A stretch of DNA of 64,000 bases from Hahella sp. CCB-MM4 (GTDB lineage Bacteria > Pseudomonadota > Gammaproteobacteria > Pseudomonadales > Oleiphilaceae). The notes beneath the pieces are model-generated. The model was not told the DNA's origin. It searched no databases and worked only from the letters and a program-made list of their open reading frames with translations. Location of the stretch: positions 117,395-181,394 of the forward strand of contig NZ_MRYI01000012.1 of assembly GCF_002260525.1 (NCBI RefSeq), written 5' to 3'. Positions within the stretch are counted from its first letter, which is position 1. The number at the start of each line of letters is the position of its first letter. Made by a program: the position numbers and the translations under genes. This document shows positions 31,020-38,923 of the stretch, in pieces.

Positions 31020-32981
31020 TTAGTTCAGTGTTGCATCATCAGGTTTGGTGATATCGGCGGTTTTGGCTTGCAGGAATTTGTCCAGCAGCGCACTTACCGT
31101 ACCACTCTTGGATGCCAATCCATCAACGGCTTTACCGAGTGACAGAGACTTGGCAAATGTATCGAAGAAGTGCTCTTCTCCGCCCACGATGTCGATATGG
31201 GCTTTCTCAAGGGCTTTGCCGAGTACGTCAGCATTTTCGCGCGCGATTTCCTTACCTGCTTCAATAGAGGCCAGGGCTTCTTTGAAGGCAGTTTCCAGAG
31301 TCATACGGAATTCCTCGTGGTCGCGTGCCTTGTCGCTCATGCTGCCCATCGCCTGGAATTTGTCCACCAGACCGTCGGCTTCGGCTTTGAACTTCTCGCG
31401 GATAACATCGGCTTCGGCCATACCCACATCTTTCTGGGCTTTGGCTTCTGCGGTACCTTTGGCACTGATGACTTCTGCATCCACCAGACCGGTATCGCGC
31501 TGTGCTTTGGCACTGGCTTCGCCTTTAGCGGCGATGACTTTGGCTTCTGCAAGACCTTCTTTCTCCATGGCGTCAGCTTTGGCTTCCTGAACTTTCGCTT
31601 CTGCAAGGCCGTGTGCAGCTTCTTCGGCCTGAATACCTTCAGCCAGCTTCTTCTTACCATCAGCTTCTTTCGCAGCCGCTTCCAGTTCGGCTTGTGCCAT
31701 GGTGGTGATTTCAAGCGCCTTGAATTTCGCAGCCTGTTCTTGGGCTTCAGCGGCTTTCACCTGCTTGACTTTATCCTCTTCAGCCTGTGCTTCGGCAGAC
31801 AGTACCTGTACTTGCTTCAGGCGGTCAGCTTCAGATACTTCGCGTACTTCCTTGATGCGTTCTTCTTCGATCGCCACGGTTTTATCCACTGCAACACGTT
31901 CGCGGATAACGTTGGCAATCTCTTTCTTCTCAACTTCGACAGCTTTTTCAGCCTCGATCTTCTGAATATCAACCTCACGCTCACGCGAAACGATTTCCAG
32001 CTCGCGGGCACGAATGACTTTTTCTTCTTCAATCGCTACAGCACGAAGTCTGTTTTGCGCTGCCACTTCAACTTCACGTTGTTGGTTCTCACGCTGAACC
32101 GCCAGGTCCTGCTCAACGGTGATGGTGGTCGCTTCGGCCTTCTTGCGTTCTTCTTCCTGAACCTTCTTGGTTTCCGCTTCTTCCCGTGCGCGGATTGTCG
32201 CGATTTCACGCTCCTGGCGCGCTTCGGCATCAGCCTGCTGGCGATCCAACTCAAGCATGGCTTCAACGGTTTCCACGTTTTTCTTCTTGATCGCCAGCTC
32301 TTCGTCCCGCTCAAGAATATTGGTGCGAACGTTTTGTGCGGCCGTCAATTCTGTGATTTTCTTGATACCTTCGGAGTCCAGAATGTTGCTGGCATCGAGG
32401 GAAGCTTTTGGAGTTTGCTCCAGGTAATCAATTGCGACGTCTTCCAGTACATATCCGCTTAGATCGTCGCCAATGACTTCAATAATTTTCTCACGGAACT
32501 GAATGCGGTTTTCGAAAAGCTGCACGAAATCGATTTGCTTGCCGACCGTTTTCAAGGCCTCGGAGAACTTGGCAGCAAACAGATCGTGGACTGCTTCGCG
32601 ATCGGAAGCACGTGTAGCTCCTACTGTTTTGGCAACCCGTAGTACATCTGTCGCTGTTTCGTTAACTCGAAGATAGAAAGCAACGGTAATATCTGCACGC
32701 ATATTGTCTTTACAGATCAGCCCTTCCTTGCCGCGACGGTCCACTTCCAAGGTGATTAATGATATTTTCATTAATTCCTTTTTGTAGATAATCGGATAAA
32801 CCAAAGCACCCGTGAAATGTACTTTCGGTGTGGAACTCATGTCATTGACAATAAGAGCTGTGCCTTGCTCCACCTTGTAATAGAAGGCTTTAAACAGGCC
32901 AGCCAGGCCCATGATGACGACAAATACGATGCCAATGCCAAGTAATATTGGCACTATTACCGATAAGTCTGCTATGCCCAT
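31020..32981 (-). CDS. yqiK-like: flotillin family protein (SPFH/band-7 domain, YqiK-like) with a long Ala/Glu/Lys-rich repetitive coiled-coil C-terminal region
   Basis: N-terminal TM helix, SPFH domain, EA-rich flotillin repeats; adjacent NfeD-like gene as in E. coli yqiJK. Confidence 0.85.
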   Translation of the reverse strand: MGIADLSVIVPILLGIGIVFVVIMGLAGLFKAFYYKVEQGTALIVNDMSSTPKVHFTGALVYPIIYKKELMKISLITLEVDRRGKEGLICKDNMRADITVAFYLRVNETATDVLRVAKTVGATRASDREAVHDLFAAKFSEALKTVGKQIDFVQLFENRIQFREKIIEVIGDDLSGYVLEDVAIDYLEQTPKASLDASNILDSEGIKKITELTAAQNVRTNILERDEELAIKKKNVETVEAMLELDRQQADAEARQEREIATIRAREEAETKKVQEEERKKAEATTITVEQDLAVQRENQQREVEVAAQNRLRAVAIEEEKVIRARELEIVSREREVDIQKIEAEKAVEVEKKEIANVIRERVAVDKTVAIEEERIKEVREVSEADRLKQVQVLSAEAQAEEDKVKQVKAAEAQEQAAKFKALEITTMAQAELEAAAKEADGKKKLAEGIQAEEAAHGLAEAKVQEAKADAMEKEGLAEAKVIAAKGEASAKAQRDTGLVDAEVISAKGTAEAKAQKDVGMAEADVIREKFKAEADGLVDKFQAMGSMSDKARDHEEFRMTLETAFKEALASIEAGKEIARENADVLGKALEKAHIDIVGGEEHFFDTFAKSLSLGKAVDGLASKSGTVSALLDKFLQAKTADITKPDDATLN

Positions 32982-33058
32982 GATAAATACTCCTTTTTAA
33001 AAGACGGATGTCTTATTTTTTAGTTAATCGTTGATGGTTTGTTTGTAGTAGGCTCTTA

Positions 33059-33745
33059 TCAACCTTTGAACTCTTCTTCTGATATAACTCTGTAGACGTG
33101 TTGTTCCGATAGGTATTCCAGCAGGACCACCCGGTCACCTTTCTTGAATATGTCTTTGCCGGTTGAGCGAACTTTGAATATCAGGCCTGCACCTCCATCA
33201 TCAAGGGTGGCTTCACCGAAGTTATTATCTACCCGGGAGGTTCTTACTATTGCTGTTTGACCTAACACCTGCTTTAACGTGTCCTGATTTGCCCGGCGAA
33301 AGAGTGGGCGCAATGGGCGAATCACCACTCCTGTTATATAAGCGGAAATGTACAGTGCTCCGAATAGTACCGGGATTCCGGCTAAATAATGTAGTAGCCC
33401 ATCAGGTATCAGGCCAAATAAAAAATGAACGACAAAATAGCTGATGAACCAGCCGAATAGCGATAAAAAGGAAACGATAATAGTGACAGGCACACCAAAG
33501 AGACCGAACTTCAGCATAAGGCCAGCCAGTACATCGGGTCCTGTGAACTGAGTGTCATTCACTCCTAAGTCGCCATCAGGGTCGGGTATATCAAAATCAA
33601 GTATATCGAGATCTATCAAGCCCAGGATGGCAACAAGCCAAAAAAGTACGCATAGAGTAAGGAAAAAGGTAAAGATTACCGTCGGAAAAGAACTGATGTT
33701 CTGATAAAACGGATCCATTTTGTCGCTGAGTAAGATGGCAAACAC
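33059..33745 (-). CDS. yqiJ-like: NfeD-like / YqiJ family inner-membrane protein (TM helices plus a C-terminal OB-fold)
   Basis: multiple TM helices, then the C-terminal beta-rich tail GQTAIVRT...KGDRVVLLEY typical of NfeD; immediately upstream of the flotillin gene. Confidence 0.7.
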   Translation of the reverse strand: MFAILLSDKMDPFYQNISSFPTVIFTFFLTLCVLFWLVAILGLIDLDILDFDIPDPDGDLGVNDTQFTGPDVLAGLMLKFGLFGVPVTIIVSFLSLFGWFISYFVVHFLFGLIPDGLLHYLAGIPVLFGALYISAYITGVVIRPLRPLFRRANQDTLKQVLGQTAIVRTSRVDNNFGEATLDDGGAGLIFKVRSTGKDIFKKGDRVVLLEYLSEQHVYRVISEEEFKG

Positions 33746-33859
33746 TTAATATCTCCTCTACGAAGTGTGTCGTCCCATTCCTTTGGTGGTGGTCCAGGTT
33801 GCCAAATTCGAGTACTGCTCAAACTCCCCGTAATCCGGGGAGTTAACTACTCTCAGGAA

Positions 33860-34099
33860 TTACAAGCCAATCTCATTTTTGATTTCATTGAGCTTTTCAA
33901 GCATTGCTGCATCGATTTCGTGTGGTTTGACTTTCGAAATGATGTTGCGCAATACACGAATTTCATTCTGATCCACAACGCCATCCCGTTTGGCAATATC
34001 AAAGATAGCTCCTAATTCGGAGGCATCCAGTTTTCCGTCATTGGAAAAACAGTTGATCGACCGGAAGGTCATTTCCAGATAGTCGCGGCTTTCCGCCAT
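33860..34099 (-). CDS. small (79 aa) TerB-like / tellurite-resistance-type domain protein
   Basis: DGKLDASELGAIFDIAKRDGVVDQNEIRVL resembles the TerB-family helical motif; low certainty. Confidence 0.35.
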   Translation of the reverse strand: MAESRDYLEMTFRSINCFSNDGKLDASELGAIFDIAKRDGVVDQNEIRVLRNIISKVKPHEIDAAMLEKLNEIKNEIGL

Positions 34100-34162
34100 A
34101 AAGTATCTCCTATTTGTATAATTGGCCTGCCGGGTTATGTTGTTGGCCTGGCAGGCCGGGTG

Positions 34163-34855
34163 TTACTTACTCGATTTCTGCTTCAGGCGAGCCAGAACAT
34201 CATTGGCGCTGTGGGGGTTGCTCACAATGCCTGCTTTCTCCAGTTTGGTTTTCAGGTCGTCCTCAGTTGTCTCTTTGGATAGCTCTTCTGCGGCCGACAT
34301 TTTTGCAGCTGTATGCGTTTGTTTCTCTTTAATGCGCTCCAGTGAATCCATGGCTGTTCTCAGCTTGGAGTTAGAGCCGGCATATCGAGCAGCGACGGCC
34401 TTTTGCGCCCGCTGGACACTTTCAGTCGCTTTCACCGTATCCACCTGTTGCTTCAGGCGCTTGATATTGCCCTCTGCCTGCTGAATTGAGGCACGTAGTT
34501 TGTCTGCGTTTTCTTTGAAGCCTGCTGCGCTGTCTTCTTCCGTTTGTAGCTGGTTTTCAAAGGTCGCAATTTTTTCTGCGATTTCCAGGGCCAGGGTTTC
34601 ATCTTCCTTGTTCAGAGCTTGGACGGCATAACCTTCATACTCCCCGATCTGCTCCTTGAGCTTGCTGCATTTTTCCTCTGCCACTTTCTGCTGAGCAATT
34701 ATGGCTACCAGGCTTTCCTTTGATTGCTTCAGCTCTTCTGAGGCGTCGCGCACTTCCTGGTCGAGAATGCGTAGTGCCTGACTATCTACTATTGCTTCAC
34801 CAGCTTCATTAACTCCGCCACGTAGAGCGGTCATCATCTTGGCCCAAACGTTCAT
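34163..34855 (-). CDS. PspA/IM30 family protein (YjfJ-like; ESCRT-III superfamily)
   Basis: the N-terminus MNVWAKMMTALRGGVNEAGEAIVDSQALRILDQEVRDA follows the PspA pattern; ~225-aa all-helical coiled-coil protein. Confidence 0.75.
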   Translation of the reverse strand: MNVWAKMMTALRGGVNEAGEAIVDSQALRILDQEVRDASEELKQSKESLVAIIAQQKVAEEKCSKLKEQIGEYEGYAVQALNKEDETLALEIAEKIATFENQLQTEEDSAAGFKENADKLRASIQQAEGNIKRLKQQVDTVKATESVQRAQKAVAARYAGSNSKLRTAMDSLERIKEKQTHTAAKMSAAEELSKETTEDDLKTKLEKAGIVSNPHSANDVLARLKQKSSK

Positions 34856-34858
34856 TGC

Positions 34859-35518
34859 TTAAACCTCCTCGGTAACGGCTACAGACAGGTATTCGCTATA
34901 TGCCTCTGCTGCCTGGATAACATTGGATGCTAGAACTTCAATCTCAAACACAATGTTCGACAAAATTGATGTGGAGCTCAGTGCACCAAACATGTGGTAG
35001 TAGTCTTCGTCATCTTCCACCTTGTCCAGGCTGATGGTGGAAAGGGGAAAGTATTTATGTGTTCTGAGCACGGCTTCGTTGAAGCCTGCAACGTCGACAA
35101 CTTCCGACAACGGCCAGAGAACGGATTCCGCAATGATCTGTTCGCCGGCAACAGTTACAAATATCGGCAGCTCGCCATACTCTCTCATCAGTATCAGGAG
35201 GGAAGGCTCCGCTCCTTCAATCAGCTCAATCGTGGCTCTTTCGGATTTAAACAGTTCTTCTTCGGAAAGCGCCTTGAATAGGCTTTGTGTAGTCCACAAT
35301 GTGACGTTTTCCATAATCACTTCTCCTTCGCTTAGCAGCTTGATCTGGTTGGAAAAATCACCGGACTGGCGTAACAGCCTTTCGATTGTTGCCAGTTTTT
35401 TTGAGTTTTCCGGAAGTATCCAGATCTCTTTTTTAATCAGCCCTTGTTCGCGCATGCGACGGCGATATTCGCGCTGATAGTGTGCGGATGTTTTCTTGTT
35501 CATGAGGTGACTATGCAT
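34859..35518 (-). CDS. DUF2170 (YjfI)-like protein with a ~65-aa Arg/Lys-rich N-terminal extension
   Basis: the C-terminal ~150 aa (PIFVTVAGEQIIAESVLWP...FGALSS...EIEVL) fits DUF2170, partner of YjfJ/PspA-like proteins; N-terminus MNKKTSAHYQREYRRRMREQG is basic. Confidence 0.45.
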   Translation of the reverse strand: MHSHLMNKKTSAHYQREYRRRMREQGLIKKEIWILPENSKKLATIERLLRQSGDFSNQIKLLSEGEVIMENVTLWTTQSLFKALSEEELFKSERATIELIEGAEPSLLILMREYGELPIFVTVAGEQIIAESVLWPLSEVVDVAGFNEAVLRTHKYFPLSTISLDKVEDDEDYYHMFGALSSTSILSNIVFEIEVLASNVIQAAEAYSEYLSVAVTEEV

Positions 35519-35541
35519 CAGATTTGTGAGGGTGTCAATAA

Positions 35542-35576
35542 ATTACATGTAACATTGGATTCGTGTTACATGTAAT
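35542..35576. promoter_or_regulatory. perfect 13-bp inverted repeat ATTACATGTAACA-N9-TGTTACATGTAAT 24-58 bp upstream of the cluster's first start codon; candidate operator
   Basis: read from the sequence; each half contains the self-palindrome TTACATGTAA. Confidence 0.5.
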
Positions 35577-35844
35577 GCTTCCTTTTGACTTAAACTCCAG
35601 ACATTCTTGCTCTGGTGCTGGTATCCAGAGTAGGCCAATCAGATGGAGCCGGGAGAGAAAGCAGAGTGTGAACAAGCTAATGATTTTTATCGGTAAGCGG
35701 TATCGACCATTCGTTTAGGCCAACAGTGGCAGATAGGTGTTTCGAAACAATGAAACTGGTCGGTATCGGGGGTGGAATATGGTAGAAAAGCTCAGAGCGT
35801 GGTGGTCACTCTGAGCTTCGTTAAAGCGATAGTCAGGTCAAAAG

Positions 35845-36219
35845 TCAGCAATTCGACCATTCCGGGGTGTAGATGCAGCCATCGCCGGTCCCACCAACAC
35901 CCCAGCGGCTGTAGCTATCATAATGGTTCCAGTTACCTTGGTTGTCGTAGGAGCCGCCGCCTCTGGTTGTTTGATAAGAGGTGCTTCTGTCTCCAATGCA
36001 TCCGCTGGTGCCTGTGGACTGGTTGTACCAGCAGCCGGTGTTTTCATCTACCAGATATTGGCCTGGGGCTATGGCTGTGCCGATTTTTTGTTGAAGTGCG
36101 TAAGCCTCGGTCATGGTCAGTTGGCGACCATTAATGGCGACGTTTGAGTATCGCTCGGCAAAAGCAAGAGAGCTGAATGTTAGAAGTGTGCATACCAGTG
36201 TGATCAAGGGGGTTTTCAT
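35845..36219 (-). CDS. small secreted Cys-containing protein (hypothetical)
   Basis: signal peptide MKTPLITLVCTLLTFSSLAFA; four Cys residues; no known domain. Confidence 0.5.
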   Translation of the reverse strand: MKTPLITLVCTLLTFSSLAFAERYSNVAINGRQLTMTEAYALQQKIGTAIAPGQYLVDENTGCWYNQSTGTSGCIGDRSTSYQTTRGGGSYDNQGNWNHYDSYSRWGVGGTGDGCIYTPEWSNC

Positions 36220-36565
36220 CAAGTGCTCCTCCCTTTTCTAGTCCTCTGAGTTTAGGTCGCATTCTAGTCCTGAGTCGAATGTGCCACGTAAACCAGGGTA
36301 TATGGTCCAGTTCGGTGGAGAACCATACGAGGTCTGTTAATGAAAGCGATCTTCGGTGTCTGGCTCCTTCAAATAAATAACTATCGCTAAATTGATCGTT
36401 ATATACGGGGGCTATCCATGGTGTGAGTAGATAAACTTAAAGATTGAGGATTGGAGGCTATACTGGTTTTTATCGTGTTGCTTTGTCTTGAGTTGTGGTT
36501 CGAGCGGACTGCACCAAAGACCCAGGTGTAAAACTGAAAGTCATGACGAGAAGGTTGATGTCTTG

Positions 36566-36608
36566 CAGGGTGAGGGGGCTAGGGTGAGAGTGCTAGGGTG
36601 AGAGTACG
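36566..36608. repeat. 3 x 14-bp tandem repeat (AGGGTGAGAGTRCN) overlapping the start of the SBP gene
   Basis: read from the sequence. Confidence 0.6.
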
Positions 36609-37374
36609 AAAGCGTTTTCTGGTCTTGATGATCGCCTTGGTTGTGTCGATGGGCTGTCATAGTCGGGATCTATTGATTGCTGGGCCTCCGTGGCCGCCAT
36701 TTTTAATTCCGGATCATCCTCGGAAAGGGGTGGCCACTGAAATTGTTGTGACCTGTCTGGAGCGTGCGGGATACTCTGCCAAAGTGGTTATCAAGCCGTG
36801 GCCAAGGGTGTTGGCTGAGGCCCGCCGGGGAGATATCGATGCGCTGGTCGGGCTTTGGTATAACCCTGAGCGTGCTGAGCAGTTCTATTACACCAATCCG
36901 TATTATGTTAATGAGATTTACCTGTTTCGATTGCGTGATCATCCTATTCATTATTCAAGCTTGGAAGACCTAGTCGGAATCAGTATCGGGGTAAGACAAA
37001 ATGCCTGGTATGGCGGAGAGTTCGACAAAGCTGATTTTCTGCAGAAAGTGGAATTGAATGAGTTGGTGAGTATATTGAGAATGGTTTCGATCGGTCGTCT
37101 GGATGCGGGGGTCGGGGACCGTCTGATTATTCAGGGGCTTATTGAATCGGAGCCCCAGTTAGGTGATCGCCTGGCATTCAGTGAGCCGGCTGTGTCTTTA
37201 TTGCCGCTACATATGGGGATGAGTCGCAAGCATCCTGATCATCGTGAAATAGTGAGTAGGTTCAATCAGGCATTAAAAGAACTATTGGATGACGGGACGC
37301 TGAGCAATATCTATAAAGACTGGAATATTGTTCAGTCGCCTGAGTTAGCCTCTCAATTTGCCAATAAAAAATAA
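36598..37374 (+). CDS. periplasmic substrate-binding protein, family 3 (amino-acid-type SBP)
   Basis: signal peptide; SBP_bac_3-like pattern (GYSAKVVIKPWPRVL..., DALVG...). Confidence 0.7.
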   Translation: MRVRKRFLVLMIALVVSMGCHSRDLLIAGPPWPPFLIPDHPRKGVATEIVVTCLERAGYSAKVVIKPWPRVLAEARRGDIDALVGLWYNPERAEQFYYTNPYYVNEIYLFRLRDHPIHYSSLEDLVGISIGVRQNAWYGGEFDKADFLQKVELNELVSILRMVSIGRLDAGVGDRLIIQGLIESEPQLGDRLAFSEPAVSLLPLHMGMSRKHPDHREIVSRFNQALKELLDDGTLSNIYKDWNIVQSPELASQFANKK

Positions 37375-37457
37375 GTTGTAAGCAAACATCAGTTTGTCGG
37401 TATGTGTTCAGTGACTGGGGTGTAAATCGGATTCCTTTTGATTCACGTGTCTTTTTG

Positions 37458-38342
37458 TCAAGCGCCCAGCAATGGCATCACTTCTCCGCTCATCTGCTCT
37501 GACTCCGCAATAAACTGCACAAAACCGGAAACGGCCTCGGGTGTATGCTGGCGGTTGTAGAAGAGTCGCATTTGAACGGCTGACAGTTCAGGTAAAAGCT
37601 CTGCCGATTTTAGTTGTCTTAACCCTTCGGGCACGATGCTTTCGCCAAGCGCAGTGACCCCTAGGCCTGCCAGGACGCCTGCTCTGATCCCGCTGTAACT
37701 TGCGCAAGTGTAAGCGATGCGCCAGGGAATTTCGGCACGATTGAGCGCCTGGATGATGCGGTGGCGATAAACGCAGCCCTCAGGAGCGACAATCAGTGGG
37801 AGCGGGTTGCGGGTGTGGCAGGTGTGATTTTGACTGGTAACCCAGACCAGATTCTCCGACCAGCCATCTGTGGCGGCGATAGGCTCAAAGCTGGTGCTTA
37901 AGGCAAATACCAGATCCAATGCTCGCTGGCGGAAACTCTCCATCAGATTGACGCTGAGGTCGCAGGTGACTTTTAGGGCGACATTCGGGTGAGTCTGTGC
38001 AAATTTCCCAAGTATTTCCGGCAGGAAGGAGCTGGCGTATTCATTGGGGATGCCCAGTCGCAGGCAGCCCTCCAGTTTGGGGCCTGACAGTTTGGCCATG
38101 ACCTCTTTGTTGAGTGACATGATGTCTCTGGCGTATTGCAGCAGCATAGTCCCTTGTGTTGTAAGCTCAAGGTTCTTATTGCTCCGGTTGAATAACGCTG
38201 TGCCGACGATTTCTTCAAGGCGCTTGATCTGCAGGCTTACGGCGGGCTGGGAACGGCCTACGATATCGCCCGCCTGGGTGAATCCACCTTGTTCGGCAAC
38301 CGCAATAAAAGTGTGCAGTAGTTCTGTGGGTATGTAGTTCAT
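37458..38342 (-). CDS. LysR family transcriptional regulator (GcvA-like by position)
   Basis: N-terminal HTH FIAVAEQGGFTQAGDIVGRSQPAVSLQIKRLEE; divergent from gcvH. Confidence 0.85.
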   Translation of the reverse strand: MNYIPTELLHTFIAVAEQGGFTQAGDIVGRSQPAVSLQIKRLEEIVGTALFNRSNKNLELTTQGTMLLQYARDIMSLNKEVMAKLSGPKLEGCLRLGIPNEYASSFLPEILGKFAQTHPNVALKVTCDLSVNLMESFRQRALDLVFALSTSFEPIAATDGWSENLVWVTSQNHTCHTRNPLPLIVAPEGCVYRHRIIQALNRAEIPWRIAYTCASYSGIRAGVLAGLGVTALGESIVPEGLRQLKSAELLPELSAVQMRLFYNRQHTPEAVSGFVQFIAESEQMSGEVMPLLGA

Positions 38343-38543
38343 AGCGGCCTATTAAGATTTTAAATCACTATATTTTAACTATTAATTTAACAAATCCAAA
38401 GTGCAAGAGTATCTTGCGTTGCTAAGTTTGAGTAATAGTTTTTAAAAATGACGGTCAACTGCTGGCTCGGTATATACGTTTAAAAGTGCCGTAACCGACC
38501 ACTCTGGCCGTTGAAGTCTTTCCATCATATTGGGAGTTTTTCT

Positions 38544-38918
38544 ATGAGTCGCACCTACTACACCAAAGATCATGAGTGGCTAACCCTGGAAAGCGATAAC
38601 GTTGGCGTTGTCGGAATCACAAATTATGCACAGGAGCAGTTGGGTGATCTGGTTTTCGTCGAGTTACCTGAAATTGATCGTGAAGTAGGTGCCGGAGAAG
38701 AAGTGGGTGTGGTTGAGTCCGTCAAGACCGCGGCTGATGTGAAATCACCAGTAAGCGGTAAGGTGGTTGCCCAGAATGAGGCTTTGGCAGATGCACCTGA
38801 GTCTGTTAATGAATCCCCTATGAATGAAGGCTGGATGTTCAAGGTTGAACTGTCAGATGTATCAGAGCTGGAAGGATTGCTGAGCGAAGAGCAATATCAG
38901 GAACTGATTGGAGGCTGA
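38544..38918 (+). CDS. gcvH: glycine cleavage system H protein
   Basis: YTKDHEWL...ESVKTAADV contains the lipoyl-lysine motif; GGGAG RBS. Confidence 0.93.
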   Translation: MSRTYYTKDHEWLTLESDNVGVVGITNYAQEQLGDLVFVELPEIDREVGAGEEVGVVESVKTAADVKSPVSGKVVAQNEALADAPESVNESPMNEGWMFKVELSDVSELEGLLSEEQYQELIGG

Positions 38919-38923
38919 TAGCG

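Noticed and set aside
31170-32462. 430-aa plus-strand Phe/Gly-rich ORF
   Set aside because: It is the antisense of the GAA/GCC-rich flotillin coiled-coil repeats, with TTC/GGC codons and low-complexity artefact composition, while flotillin has a clear domain structure.
35519-35844. Looked for a sigma-54 (TGGCAC-N5-TTGC) promoter upstream of the PspA-like cluster
   Set aside because: Neither strand shows a convincing -24/-12 element; only the 13-bp inverted repeat is evident.
38343-38543. Looked for a glycine riboswitch upstream of gcvH
   Set aside because: No GGAGAG / ACCGAAGGGGCAA-type conserved aptamer cores are visible. A divergent LysR regulator is present instead, consistent with GcvA-type protein regulation.
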